A stretch of 64,000 nucleotides of DNA, taken from contig NC_068994.1 of the NCBI RefSeq assembly GCF_001194135.2, positions 55,507,071-55,571,070 of the forward strand. Direction: 5' to 3'. Shown here piece after piece: positions 40,461-53,269 of the stretch. How positions within the stretch are numbered: the stretch's first letter is position 1; each line of letters starts with the position of its first letter. Source of the DNA: Octopus bimaculoides. Taxonomy: Eukaryota. The notes under the pieces were generated by a model. That model was not told where the DNA came from and searched no databases. It worked only from the letters and a program-made list of their open reading frames with translations. A program made the position numbers and the translations under genes.

Positions 40461-43113
40461 CAGTGAGTTAGTATCAAGTTTTTCAGCCGTCAGTACAATG
40501 TGAAACATGGTTCGTACAATCGATATATTACGGAATCTAAAAGAAAAGCGAGGGAGAAAAAGAAAACAAAAGGAATTCTCTGTAAGCAAACAATCTTCCA
40601 CATAGTCACTTCTAAATCACTTACTAGAGTGAGATCGTTTCGTTTTTATATCAGAGCACCACTAATGTTATTTTATTTTTTATTGTTAAAACGAAGATTG
40701 GAAGCTGGATACTTACCTTATGTTAACAACAAAAGCTTTTATATAACCTCCTTCCTCATTACATTATCATCACACAATAGTTCCCGTTCTGATCACTCTC
40801 TTCATTATGTATTTAATTATTTTCTAAATAGAAACTCATATTGGCAACCGGATAGAATACTTTGTAAAACGAATCTCTACATACTTGAAAAATCTGTACC
40901 GTTAATACGATTGATGGATACAGTAAATAACAGATATGTTGGTTATCGGATACAATGCAAAGTGAAGTGATTGTCTGATGTACTTGAAAACGTAGGGGCT
41001 GCAAATATAAATGATGAAAATTGCTGAATCAATGTATTCGATGTATAATATAAAAGATACTCAACTCAAATAATTGCAGCAAAAAAATATAATGAAATTG
41101 TAAATAGAGAGGGTGTATTGAATAATCGAGATTGCTACGTAACTTAATCGAATCTACCAACAATAGATGGCAGGTGGGTGTCCTTGTGACTCGATATTGA
41201 ACACATACTATGCAATTTGTAATTTTCATTGAACATTTTTGCATTTGAAAATCCGTTTTAACCTGTCATTTTTTTTCACTGATGTTGAGTTAATTCCCGA
41301 CCAGGACACATAAATTACCAATTCTAGAATGCCATTTTGCTAAGCTCAAATCCTACATGGTCGGTATATGTATGTATATACATATACATCCTACTACTAT
41401 CATTCTTCTTCTTCTTCTTCTTCTTCTTGCATATTTAGGGAGGAGCAAATCGGCCTTATCATTATTGCAAACAGGGAGACGTTGTCCATAACAGTTGTGG
41501 ATGGTATCAGTTCCGGAACATAGGCTACTTTAATTAGGGTAATCCGTACTGAGCAGATCGATAGCAGAGTCTAAACATCTGGGGTAGTGTTGGTTGATGT
41601 ATCGGCATCAGAATGCTTCAAGGACATGTGTGGGTTTAAAGGGTGCCTGGGGGTACCAAATTCAGCAGGATAATGTTTCGAATTCCCTTAGCCGTAGTTA
41701 CTGGTCCTAATCATACAACTCTGAGGGGCTTCAGTGGTGTCATTCGATTGCTGAGGTTGCCCATTAACTCAATTCTCAGCGCCCGTAATTAGGTGGTCGG
41801 AGGTCTGCCTATAAGAAGTGGCTATTATAGATCCCACGTTAGGGTCACTTGGTTATGTGTTTTTGGTTTACTAAAATGGACTACATAGAAGGAACACGTG
41901 AGATAAAGAGTCACTGAAGAGGTCACAGGATAAATGACATAAGCGCTTCGACAAAATAATAATGATTAAGCTGAAGTAAACATCAAACATACTGTGCGTG
42001 TGTTTAATTGGCAAAAAGTTGGCAAAATATGACCATCACCGAGTATAACAGTATTTATTAGAATTAGATTTTTTAATTATGATGGCTGGGAAATCGGAGT
42101 TGAGTTTCTGAAGAAGAGCTAAGGTAGAGATCGAAACCAGAGACATTGTAGTTGACAAACGAAACAGTTGTTTCTGAGTTACCTTCAAATTATTTGTGCA
42201 TACTTTATTTTATCATTTCATTTTGTTATATTTATTTTCATTGTCAGAACCAAATATATCTGTCGTCATAATATTTTCAATGATCAATAATTGTGAGTGT
42301 TTTCAAAGCCATTCGTTGTTTTTTGTCTTAATCACATTATCTGTTTTATGTTTTTTTTCTTGTTTCTTGCTTTTCAAGAATGTTAGTTGATTAGTATCAT
42401 TCTTCTACATCCATCCATTTTATTGTTGCTTTTGGTTTTTGTTTTAAATAACAATTCTTTCTATAGCGTGACTAACACTATTAATCTATCTTTAGCAATT
42501 TCTAAATTTGTTATGTGTATATTTTTTATTCTGACAACTCGAAATCAAAATGAAAAAAATCGGCTTTTAATATTATATTTTATTAGCAATATGAAGTCGA
42601 AAATAGGCTGGTGATTTGGCAGAAATACATCAGAAGACAGGACGAGATGCAATATTTAGATTAAATAGTCAATACTGTATTTTAAAATTTAACCTTCTAT
42701 TTCAATACGCTGATGAAGGAGCCAATGAAGGAACGATTTTGACTTACTTGTAGGAATCGACCAACTCTAAAGAACAGCCGCATCATCCTTAAATAATACC
42801 TTGTCGTTTTAAAATTAGAATAGCATAATGAGGTAGATTAAATGTAAAAAATATGGAATTGAGATAGCTGGAAGCATTTAAACATAGGTTTGTTGAAATA
42901 GGGTTAACAACAATACAAGCGAAATCGTTGATACACGAACCAACGAGAGTTGGTTGAATTTATAGGAATAACAAGTCTCCGCCATGGAACACCGTATCAT
43001 CTTACAATGGAAAGGATGACTTTGAAAACAAGTATACGGAATAGTCACAACTAGAATACTTTTAACTACAAGTCTGCTCGTCATGCAGTTCTGTAAATGT
43101 GAGTATGAAAGTA

Positions 43114-43965
43114 CGAGGGGTACCCAAAAGAAACCAGAATTTTGCAGTTTGATTTTATTCACTTAGTTTTACATGTTTACACCTTTGTCGCTTTCAAAGT
43201 ATTCTCCATTTGAAGCAATGCATCGGCCCAGGCACTATTCGAAGCAGTGATGGAACTCTTGCAAAGTGATGCCTTTCTAGGCCACCGTCGTTTTTTTTTC
43301 TTTCGTCACCTCTTTCGTCACCAGTGATAATCTTCGAAAAAAGGTCCGGATCAGCTTCCAACATTCTTTCAGTTCACTGCACGAATTCAGTCATGACTGC
43401 TTTTGATCTTCTGTGAGCAAGCGAGGCACAAATTTTGCTGGAACTCTTTTCATTCGCAATTCCTCGCTCAAAATTCGTTGGCTGGAGCTTCAAGATACAC
43501 CAGTCATATCAACAAGTTCGTCAATTGTTCGGTGACAGTCCTTCCAGACCAGTTCATGAAGTTTCATGATGTTTTCATTCGTTGCGGAGGTCGACGGTTG
43601 TCCTGAACGAGGTTAGTCTTCAAGCGATAATCAATACTTTCTAAAGCGTGAAAACTACGCATAAACCTGCGTTTTCGCTCATGGCAGCGTCCTTGTAAGT
43701 TGTCTGAAGCATGACAACTGTTTCGGTCGCAGAAAACAGAATTTCACGGAAGTTCCTTCGTTTCAACCATCGCAAAAATCGACGAACAGGGGAGAAGCAC
43801 TGCAAAACGAAGACGCACCAGGTGGCAGCACGATATCACTCAACGATGCCGGTCAGCAAACTGATGCCTGAAGGTCGCATTAAGTGGCTTCTAGCAGCAG
43901 AAGCCTGAACTACAACGGGTGTGTCCCACAGAGAACGTTTCAGGTTACTTTTCGGGACCTCCTTG
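43114..43965 (-). mobile_element. Mariner transposon, internally deleted, with both TIRs and TA target duplication
   Basis: TIRs CGAGGGGTACCCAAAAGAAACCAGAA and (reverse complement) CAAGGAGGTCCCGAAAAGTAACCTGAA, flanked by TA at 43112-13 and 43966-67. Minus-strand relic: ATETVVMLQTTYKDAAMS..., then LEADPDLFSKII. Confidence 0.9.
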
Positions 43966-45050
43966 TATGTTTATATGAATGTATGCATGTATGTATGTAT
44001 TCCAGGGTTCTGAAGATTGTGGAACCGCCTCTTGGCTACTCTTTGTTCTCATGTCTCCGTTATGTGTTAACTAGTATATTGACAACCAGGAGTGAATGAT
44101 CCCTAGTCCTCGTTAGCGCTTCTATTTAGGAGATGGTAAATTCGTATTAAAAAACCCCCTGAAGTGCAGTTGGTTTCTGGTCGTCTCAACTTCTCTTGTG
44201 CCACTGGTTGGCACAACAGCTGTTGGCACTGATAAATGAGTTTAAAGCTGTGACCTTTACCTATATAACATCCTTAACGTATGTACATCGTCAACAGAAC
44301 ATTTATGGCCTGGAATATGACTCCTTAATAGATGTACTGGAGTATATTGTATTTTAACAAAGTAGCTTTATAAAGAAATTTTATCCCAGAGACCACTGCA
44401 GCTACTGAGCTCTCAGAGTTATGCATACGTTAAGCCTATCATAAAGATAAAGAATCCATCTTATTTTTACATATTACATATTTATTTGCATCGCCATTTT
44501 TATAGGGGAAAAAGCTGCATTGACTAATGTATCGTTTGAAAAAAAACCTGTATCTATCATCAGTTAGTGGTCTTGTATAAATTAACATTAATATCCTGAT
44601 TTTCAATCACAAATAAAACAAATTATTAATGAAATTTTAAAAGGAAATGCATCGAAATTAAGCTTTTGTTATTCTCTATCTCTAGATATGACAGATAAAA
44701 ATTTGTTCATTTCGACATTAATGTAATGTATTCTATCAAAAAGTGGTGACTGATATAATATGCAGACTAATATTTATTAATACTGTGATTTTTAGTCAGA
44801 GACAGAGGCGTGGGTGGTTTGTATAATCGGTAGAGTGTCGACGAAAATGTGTTGCGCTTTTCCTTTTATCACATTCAATCGTAAGTGGAAGGCAGATAGA
44901 AGGTCGTATAAAATTCATTTCGTTACATTCACCTATCCATCCATCCATCCATCCATTCATCCATCCATCCATACATACATATAATAATTATATACATATA
45001 TACATGTATATATGTACGTATGTATGTATATGCAAGCACATATTATGTGT

Positions 45051-45098
<48 letters not shown>

Positions 45099-45536
45099 CG
45101 TGTGTATGCAAGTGTATATGTATGTTATATAGATTTATGTACATGTATATATATATATATACAATATGCATATATAAATATACATATCTATATATTATGT
45201 ATAATTATAAATAAGGATGTCGGGACGGAAAACCACGCCGGCATCTCTTCAGTTATCGGGCCACCAAAAAAATGTTATGAAAATGACCGTTAAACAAAAG
45301 GAAATCACTGTGTGATTGACCGTTATTAAGACACAAGAACTATTAGAATGACCGCTAAGTAAAGGGGTGAGAGTATAGGTAAGGGAGTAAAAATGTTCAT
45401 AGCAATCGCGTAAGCACGCATGTCCATACATGCACATGCATACCCGCACACTCACGTACATGTGCCTATATGTATATACTCGAAACATCTTTTTGTAAGT
45501 TCTCTCTCTCTCTCTCTCTAAATATATATATATATT

Positions 45537-45588
<52 letters not shown>

Positions 45589-45740
45589 TTAGAAAATGGA
45601 GATGTACCAATAATATAATTTACTAACTGCAAAGTCCAACGTATATTCTTACAGCTGTTTCAATTCACAAAATATACTGGCAATGAACCACCAATTCATT
45701 GGATATTATTATCGTTTAATGAGGCTATTTTAACCTCTAA

Positions 45741-45800
<60 letters not shown>

Positions 45801-45879
45801 TGTATGTATGTAGGTATGTCTACTAAGATAAGGAGAAGCTTTCAATTTCGAGAGTGTGTTCGTTTCCGCCGCCTAATTT

Positions 45880-46133
45880 CTTCTTCTTCTTCTTCTTCTT
45901 CTTCTTCTTCTTCTTCTTCTTCTTCTTCTTCTTCTTCTTCTTCTTCTTCTTCTTCTTCTTCTTCTTCTTCTTCTTCTTCTTCTTCTTCTTCTTCTTCTTC
46001 TTCTTCTTCTTCTTCTAGTCTTTATTATTATCAATCTTGTTATCGTCGTCGTCGTCGTCATCATCATCATCATCATCATCATCATCTAATGTAAATGTTG
46101 TCATGTATATGTATACATACGTGTGAGTGTAAG

Positions 46134-46192
<59 letters not shown>

Positions 46193-46360
46193 GTCTGTTT
46201 CTGTGTGTATGTATATATGTGTATATATATATATATGTATATATGTATGTATATATGTATATATACGTATATATATATATCATATATATATACACACATA
46301 CATAAATATATATGCATATATAAAGACGTAAATATATGTGTGTATGTGTGTGCAATGCAA
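45880..46360. repeat. (TCT)n, (CAT)n and (TA/TG)n compound microsatellite
   Basis: Read directly; source of the poly-S and poly-R ORFs. Confidence 0.95.
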
Positions 46361-47585
46361 ACACATAGCGTACTAATCTCGCCCCAATACTTCTATCTCC
46401 GTTTAATTGATCTCGTTGCGTTAATAAGTCTTCTAGCGAAGTAGATTGATGGTAGTGCAGATAAATAGATAGTTAGTTAGAGAGACATGCAGAAGGAGAA
46501 AGAGAGAAAGAGTGAGAGAGCGAAAGAAAGAGAGTGTATGAGTGAGTGTGTGAGCTTGGAAGTGAGAAGGTGAACGCCTCAACTTAGACCGTATATGGAG
46601 AGTAATTATAGCGAGGAAATTAATTGCATAGCGTCAAAATGTTAACCGAAAATGAGTAAATAAATATATGAATGAATAATTAAATAAGTAAATAAATAAA
46701 ACAAAGTCAATATTGAAAATATAATATAAATAAACGGAAAAAACCCCATCATAAAACAAATACAGACGGAAAGTACGAAAAGAGTAAAAAAGAACGCGAA
46801 AAATTCAAAGTGTAATAGTCAAAATTCTATAGTTATTGGTCGATGTTAACTTCGAATATGAATAACTTTGAAAAAGAAGAAAAAAAAAATAAATAAATAC
46901 ATGCGTATATACACAGCGATAACATTTGGTCCATGCTAAATATATATTTGAAAGTTTTAGAAAATATAGAAAAAATGTGGTGGGGGAAGGAAAAAAAAGC
47001 CTAAAAAGCGAAAGCTATATTAATGAAATTTTCGTTTTTCGTTTCATATCCACATTGGAAAAATATTTACAGGAAATTGAACATTCGTTTTTGGAATTCA
47101 CGTGCACCAGTTTGATGTAGAAGTACACGGAGTTATTGGAGTGATGGTTAATATAGTTATTGTTGTTGTTGTTCTTATTTACGATATATCGTAAATAGAT
47201 TCATGCAAATAGAACTAGATGAAATATATCGATTTATTTCGATATTCTTCCGTTGCTGCTGCTGCTGCTGTTGTTGATGTTATTGTTGATTTTGTTGTTG
47301 TTTAGCCACCCTGCAAAATCGCCCTGATCCTTCAGCCCTCTGATGAAAAGCATTTGAGTTGTTGACAATCTTGCTTTATTTATATATATATTTTTTAAAA
47401 GTCAGAGCGTTTATTGCACAGCATTAAATGATGTATTTAATGTATCCTTCCACTTCTCGGTTTTGAAGTCGATAGGGAATGATTTGAAGGAAGCTTAGCT
47501 AAATTTCCTGTTGTGGTTTAGTACAGCTGTACCGCAGATCGTGCAGACCCATATCAAGAGATGTTCCAGAAGAAAGCGTTTTTTG

Positions 47586-47708
47586 GGCGCGGCTTTGTGG
47601 TAAGAAGCTTGCTTCCCAACCACATAGTTCTGGGTCTAGTCCCACTGCGTGGAACCATCGTCAAGTGTACTATAGCCTCCAACCTACCAAAGACTTGTAA
47701 GTGGATTA
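47586..47708 (+). mobile_element. SINE family B 5' fragment
   Basis: GTGGTAAGAAGCTTGCTTCCCAACCACA..GTCCCACTGCGTGG. Confidence 0.75.
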
Positions 47709-47728
47709 TATATATATATAATATATAA

Positions 47729-47794
<66 letters not shown>

Positions 47795-47886
47795 GTAGAA
47801 GGTTGAAAAGGAACACACGAGTTGATATATATATATGGAAAAAAGTCAAGGTAGAAAATGATAAAATAATTTTATAAAAAACATTT

Positions 47887-47922
47887 CAGTACCGGTTTTG
47901 GTCATTTAGACTTTTTCAACTG
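47887..47922 (-). ncRNA. Hammerhead-like motif, family 3 (U3-A8 core variant), decayed
   Basis: Minus strand: CAG-UUGAAAA-AGUC(uaaau)GACC-AAAA-CCGGU-A-CUG. U3-A8 keeps the 3-8 pair and ACCGGU is a palindrome. Positions 10.1 and 12 are A instead of G. Confidence 0.4.
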
Positions 47923-49599
47923 TAAGTATGGAAAATAATTAAATTTTGGAAAAATTAAATGAAAAGTATTTTAAAAGAATATTTGCATAGTATTCAAATA
48001 CAAGAGGCATTTTCCTTGTTTCTGCCTGTCTCTTCTCTCTCTTGCTTACTCTTGTGGGGTTTATAAAATGCCTTCCGTTATATGTTTCAGCTCAGATTTC
48101 AAATGACAGTGAATTGAAATGTTGCTCACCGTGCATCATTTCCTCGGTTCGTAAACATCGTTGGAGTTTCAAATATGTCGAATTGTATAAGATTAGCGAT
48201 TTTCGTGATAGTTAGTCGTATAATCAGCCTCACGTTTGCAGATGAAAACATTTTTAGTGATTTCATCTATACTATGTTTCTGTTCAATCGTTTTATAATC
48301 GAGTCTCAGGTGTTATATCGATGGATGTATGTAGTACCAGACTAAGTTCGAACAAAACATATTGATTTCTAAACAAAGCATAATGTCACTCTCATTCATT
48401 CGCTCATTGGAAATTGGTGATTTTATTTCTGTTGGTGTTAGCATGATGCTTTAAAATATTTGACGAGGTTGGACCTACAAAAAATACGAGACCGTCACAA
48501 TTAACCAGGATCGTAACAAATCTGGCATCAGACTGTGATGAAAGTCAGTCCACTTCGAATATATAACTAAAGCCATTGGGAAATGGATGATCGTTTCAAC
48601 TTCCTGTTATGATCCTCAAACAATATATGGCTTCTTTTTCCGAGACGTAAAAGTAACATGAACCACATTTTTTTTTGTCTGTTATTGCGTTTGAGCAACA
48701 GATAGCTCCTAAAAAGTCGGGTTATTATATCTATGACGAAGCTCTAACAAAAAGTTCATACTTTTCCATTTCCCCCTCTTATAAATATTAAGCTTTTGTA
48801 CCGAATCAAATAATCAAAAGATCTGACGAGGTATGAACTAACGCTATAAAATCTTCTCAATACATAGGACGAATTAGCATAGCAGGATAACTGGACACAT
48901 CATCTGCTTCATCCTACATGGACATAAAACTACAACACACCATTCATTTGTAACTACGGTATCGTAAAGAGAACAAATAGATGTTGCTTTATACATTTAA
49001 ATTCTCTCCAATAAATTCTTTTCACAGAAACAAGTTCAAATAACACAATCTTCAAGTTACACCAAAGTAAATCCGTCAATATATATTAACTAGGTACAGG
49101 CGTTGTTGTGTATATAAGTATGCACATATTTGTACTCTTGCACATACACATACATACATTCATACGTACATACATACATACCTGCATGCAGGTAGACATA
49201 CATACATAGGTGTATATATATATATATATATATAAACATACATTTACATATATACACATGTGTATGTATATATTCATGCATACATGCACACACACAGACA
49301 CACACACACATATATATATACATATATGTATATACATCTATGTGTGTGTGTGTAAGTGTGCACATGTGCACGTTTGTATGTATTTCTTTAATCCTATTCT
49401 GGGAAGGGAGGGGTCGACCATCAAAGAATATCTTTTAAAAGTCTCCAAATATTTTATCATGTGATTCAGTAATATGTTCGCTAGAAATATTTACTTCTGC
49501 CATAAAACTTACCAATATACAGTAAAAGCAACTAACTATATAGTCTTATATTTTACTTTTTATTTAACCATTTCCTTTAATATTTTTGCTTTCCCGTTA

Positions 49600-49662
<63 letters not shown>

Positions 49663-50369
49663 GATATTCTTTTTCCGTTTATAGATACAAATATATATCT
49701 GATGACTATTTATTTACTGAAGTAGATGAAATCATTGCGTCCAACGCTTTTAAACTGTAAATAACGGTTATTAATAATTAATATAAACATTCAGAAAGGA
49801 CTACAGAAACAACGTCAGCGACAACAACAACAACAACAAAAGCAATAACAATAATAAACAAAAAAAAAACAAGCAACACAAAACGGAGATAACAACAAGA
49901 ACAACAACAACACCGACGACGACAACAATAACGGCAATAAAAACAAGCAATCAAAGACTCTTTTGGAAAATATAGATCATAATTACCAGATCGTCTGAAA
50001 AGATTTGGGAGAAAATATGGAAATACGTCCATCGGTAAATTTGTGTGAGTTTACCAAAAAAGTAGAAACTAGTGGACGTTTTTTTACTATTAACGTCTTT
50101 TATGTTCGATTTATCTCGTTGTTAATGGTATTGATTAGGGGGAAAATACAAATGATTTTTAAGTTAGAAATGTTATTGGTCCATCGGGTCAAAGAGTTTC
50201 TGTGATATTATCTTTTTTATCCTTTAGAAGAAGTGCTCGTGTGTGTATCGATGTTTACCTGTTACATTTATACATTTGTGCTTATCGGCTCGAGTCAATG
50301 ATGGAACGTTTACAGCTTTCGATTGACCTGCTCCAAATTGCAACCGTGTTTCCATTAATAGTCATAACC

Positions 50370-50577
50370 TGCACTCCGTCAGTTTCGACGACGAGGGTTC
50401 CAGTTGATCCGACCAACGGAAAAGCCTGCTCCTGAAATTAACGTGCAAGTGGCTGAGCGCTCCACAGACTCAGGGCGTAACGCTGAATGAGACAAGGCGG
50501 GCTATTTGAATTACTGGTACAACTCATTTTTGCCAGGGGGTTGACTGCAACGTGACACAAAATAACTTGCTCAAAAT
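50370..50577 (-). mobile_element. SINE family C, 5'-truncated
   Basis: GACGAGGGTTCCAGTTGATCC..GAAATTAACGTGCAAGTGGCTGAGC matches the 52787 copy. Further fragments at 13895-14008, 15757-15862 and 16285-16375. Confidence 0.8.
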
Positions 50578-51076
50578 TATTGCCACCAACAACACCAGTA
50601 TCAGCAAAAGTTTTATGGTTTTGTCGTCCTTCCATAAAAAACAATATCATAAAAATCCATTATTTCTTCTGCCTGCCTGTTCAGTCCCAAACTGAATATT
50701 TACAGAAAAAGCAATCCTTGTATGGTATTCTTGAAAAAAAAACAAAAACCAAAAAAACAAACGACACAACTATAGAAAAGTTTAAATGTTTGAAATGAAG
50801 AATCGAAAAAAATATGCTTAACAAAATGCCGTTCGCAGTGTGCAATGTTTGCGCAAATCGTTTGAAATCTCAAAAAACAGGATAAACTACAATTGGATTT
50901 CATTATAAAATTAACATCAGTGTTGTTGCTCAGCAACGTTAAATTGCACAGAATCATCAAAATATTATGAAATTATTCCGATGACAAAGAAATTTCTTTA
51001 AACTGATGTTCTAAGAACAATTCTTAGATAATCACATCCCTTTCTTGTTTGGGTGTACTCTACAAAGACTTAATAC

Positions 51077-51330
51077 AGTTCTATATTTAAGAGATGAGGA
51101 ATTATTTACATTATTTACTTTATTTACATTTGATGGATATTTGTCCTAATCTTGTTTGTCGTTAACACAACGTTTCGGCTGATATACCTTCCAGCCTTCA
51201 TCAGGTGTCTTGGAGAAATTTCGAACCTGGGTTCTCATACCTAAGGCTGGAGGGTATATCAGCCGAAACATTGTGTTAACAACAAACAAGATGAGAACAA
51301 ATATCCGTCAAATGTAAATAATGTAACTAA
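51077..51330. mobile_element. Second copy of the palindromic HHR-family-1 element
   Basis: Same start (GTTCTATATTTAAGAGATGAGG) and inverted arms. The left arm is complete; the right arm has lost the loop and CUGAUGA through a deletion joined at AAGG. Confidence 0.75.
51164..51209 (-). ncRNA. Minimal type I hammerhead ribozyme, family 1, intact copy
   Basis: Minus strand reads GACAC-CUGAUGA-A-GGCUG(gaagguauau)CAGCC-GAAAC-GUU-GUGUU. It has a full catalytic core, 5-bp stem II, stem I GACAC/GUGUU and palindromic ACGU stem III, as in Penelope-associated dimeric HHRs. Confidence 0.8.
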
Positions 51331-51414
51331 TGTCTACAAAAACTTATTGAATTAACGTTTGCAATAGATACATGATATCAGTGAGAAAATAATAATGCTT
51401 AACTATTAATTAAT

Positions 51415-51702
51415 TACAGACTGGTTTCAAATTTTGACATAAGGCCAGCACTTTTGGGGGATTACGTCAACCCCAGTAGTAAACAGGTACTTATTTTATT
51501 CTTTTCTACTCTAGGCACAAGGCCCGACATTTTGGGGAGGGAGTCAGTCGATTAGATCGACCCCAGTACCCAACTGATATTTAATTTTTCAACGCGGAAA
51601 GGATGAAAGGCAAAGTCGACCTCGGCGGAATTTGAACTCAGAACGTAAAGACAGATGAAATATTGCTAAGCATTTTACCTGGCGTGCTAACATATCTGCC
51701 AA
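51415..51702 (-). mobile_element. SINE family A tail fragment plus a near-complete copy (51500-51702)
   Basis: GGATGAAAGGCAAAGTCGACCTCGGCGGAATTTGAACTCAGAACG. Confidence 0.85.
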
Positions 51703-52019
51703 CTTACTGTACTTAGTTCAAATCACAACGAGATTAATTTTGCTTTTCGCCCTTCCATGGTCGCTAAAATAAAATACCAGATAATGATCCTGGACAAGGG
51801 AATCATTAGGCCGTTGGATAAAATAAGTTACTGTATGTATTCCTATTTTTAATACTCTGAATGTCTCGGTATGGTGAGCTTGTCTAAATCATGAAGATGA
51901 TGTCTTTTAAAATACAATGGAAGACAACTTGAAACTGTCTTATACTCTGAAAAGTCTAAGAAAATCACATGGCAATGAGTCAGGGAAGTCACCAGGAGTG
52001 GTTCGCGCTCAATGATTTC

Positions 52020-52232
52020 AAAGCGGTGAGCTGGCAGAAACGTTAGCACGCCGGGCGAAATGCTTAGCAGTATTTCGACTCTCTTTACGTCCTGAGTTCA
52101 AATTCCGCTGAGGTCGACTTTGCCTTTCATCCTTTCGGGGTCCATAAATTACGTACCAGTTGCGTATTGGCGTCGATCTAATTGACTGGCCCCTCTAATC
52201 GACTGGCCTTGTGCCTAGAGTAGAAAAGAATA
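52020..52232 (+). mobile_element. SINE family A, near full length
   Basis: Close match to the 29943 copy. Confidence 0.85.
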
Positions 52233-52786
52233 TTTGTCAATGACATCTTCCTAGAAGACTAAGATCATCCCTGACCTTTGCTATCATGTTTTCGCCTCTA
52301 TCCATATTAACAACTTTCGTAGCCTCATAACTTCCTGCAAACTTTTTTCTAGTCTACTACTTTATCTAATCTAGAACTCTCTGTCGCAATATCCTTACGA
52401 AAACTAATGGTTTCTAATATCGCTAACCTTTACAAATTTGCAACTGGTATCCGTTATTTTTTATTCACTGGGATCTTCCACTTTCAAGTCGGAAATCTCG
52501 TCGCTTCCGGAATGGAAATATCACCTTTCAATTTCCAGTAATCAAGTCCCTGTTTAAACATATCGTATAAATTGATTGTACTTACCCCCTTTTTTTGTGT
52601 AGTAGACTAAAACTGTGGACACACTTACTTCTCGTTTTTTTATAACCTAATATCAACTCAACTAAACTACGACATCTGGAATCTATGGATTATCTGTGAA
52701 ATATATAGAGCTGTTTGAGCAGATTTGAAGTTATCTCTGTCTTCTTCTCTTATTTACACGACTCAACCTTGTGTGTCTGCGAAGCT

Positions 52787-53113
52787 ATTGTTGTTGTTGG
52801 CACTCCGTCGCTTACGACGACGAGGGTTCCAGTTGATCCGAACAACAGAACAACCTGCACGAGAAATTCGTGTGCAAGTGGTTGAGCACTCGAGGGACAT
52901 CTGTACATGTATCCCCAGGGAGATTCGGCGGGATACAGAATGTGACAAGTTTGGCCTTTTGAATTACAGGTACAACTCATTTTTTTGCCAGCTGAGTTCA
53001 CTGGAGCAACGTGAAATAAAGTGTCTTGCTCAAGGACACAATGCGCTGTCGGGAATCGAACTCACGACTTTACGATCGCGACCCGAACACCCTAACCACT
53101 AAACCACGCGCCT
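52787..53113 (-). mobile_element. tRNA-derived SINE family C, full length (CORE/Meta-like central motif, AAC tail)
   Basis: Minus strand: GGCGCGTGGTTTAGTGGTTAGG (A box), GAGTTCGATTCCC (B box), TGTGTCCTTGAGCAAGACACTTT, ending GACGGAGTGCCAACAACAACAA. Confidence 0.85.
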
Positions 53114-53220
53114 TCGCAAGGTTTACAAATCATAACATGAAATATAATAGTCCACATTGCGGAGAGTGTCTGAGGGGGAAAAAGGGGACGACAAAGAATG
53201 TGTGTGTGTGTGTGTGTGTG

Positions 53221-53269
<49 letters not shown>

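Noticed and set aside
41450-41900. GC-balanced block suggesting a LINE relic (likewise 21190-21430, 53360-53700, 3780-4260)
   Set aside because: No diagnostic RT or endonuclease motif recoverable by eye.
41908-41955. CTGAAGAGGTCA(9)TGAC..AAGCGCTTC, hammerhead-like with an AGCGCT palindrome
   Set aside because: The GAAA is destroyed and at least three changes are needed; single copy.
42705-42790. CTGATGAAGGAGCC, the start of another possible hammerhead
   Set aside because: No matching stem II 3' strand or GAAA at a suitable distance; at best a disrupted relic.
42960-43040. CCGCCATGG Kozak context and frame NNKSPPWNTVSSYNGKDDFENK
   Set aside because: The ATG frame closes after 11 codons; splice sites are weak.
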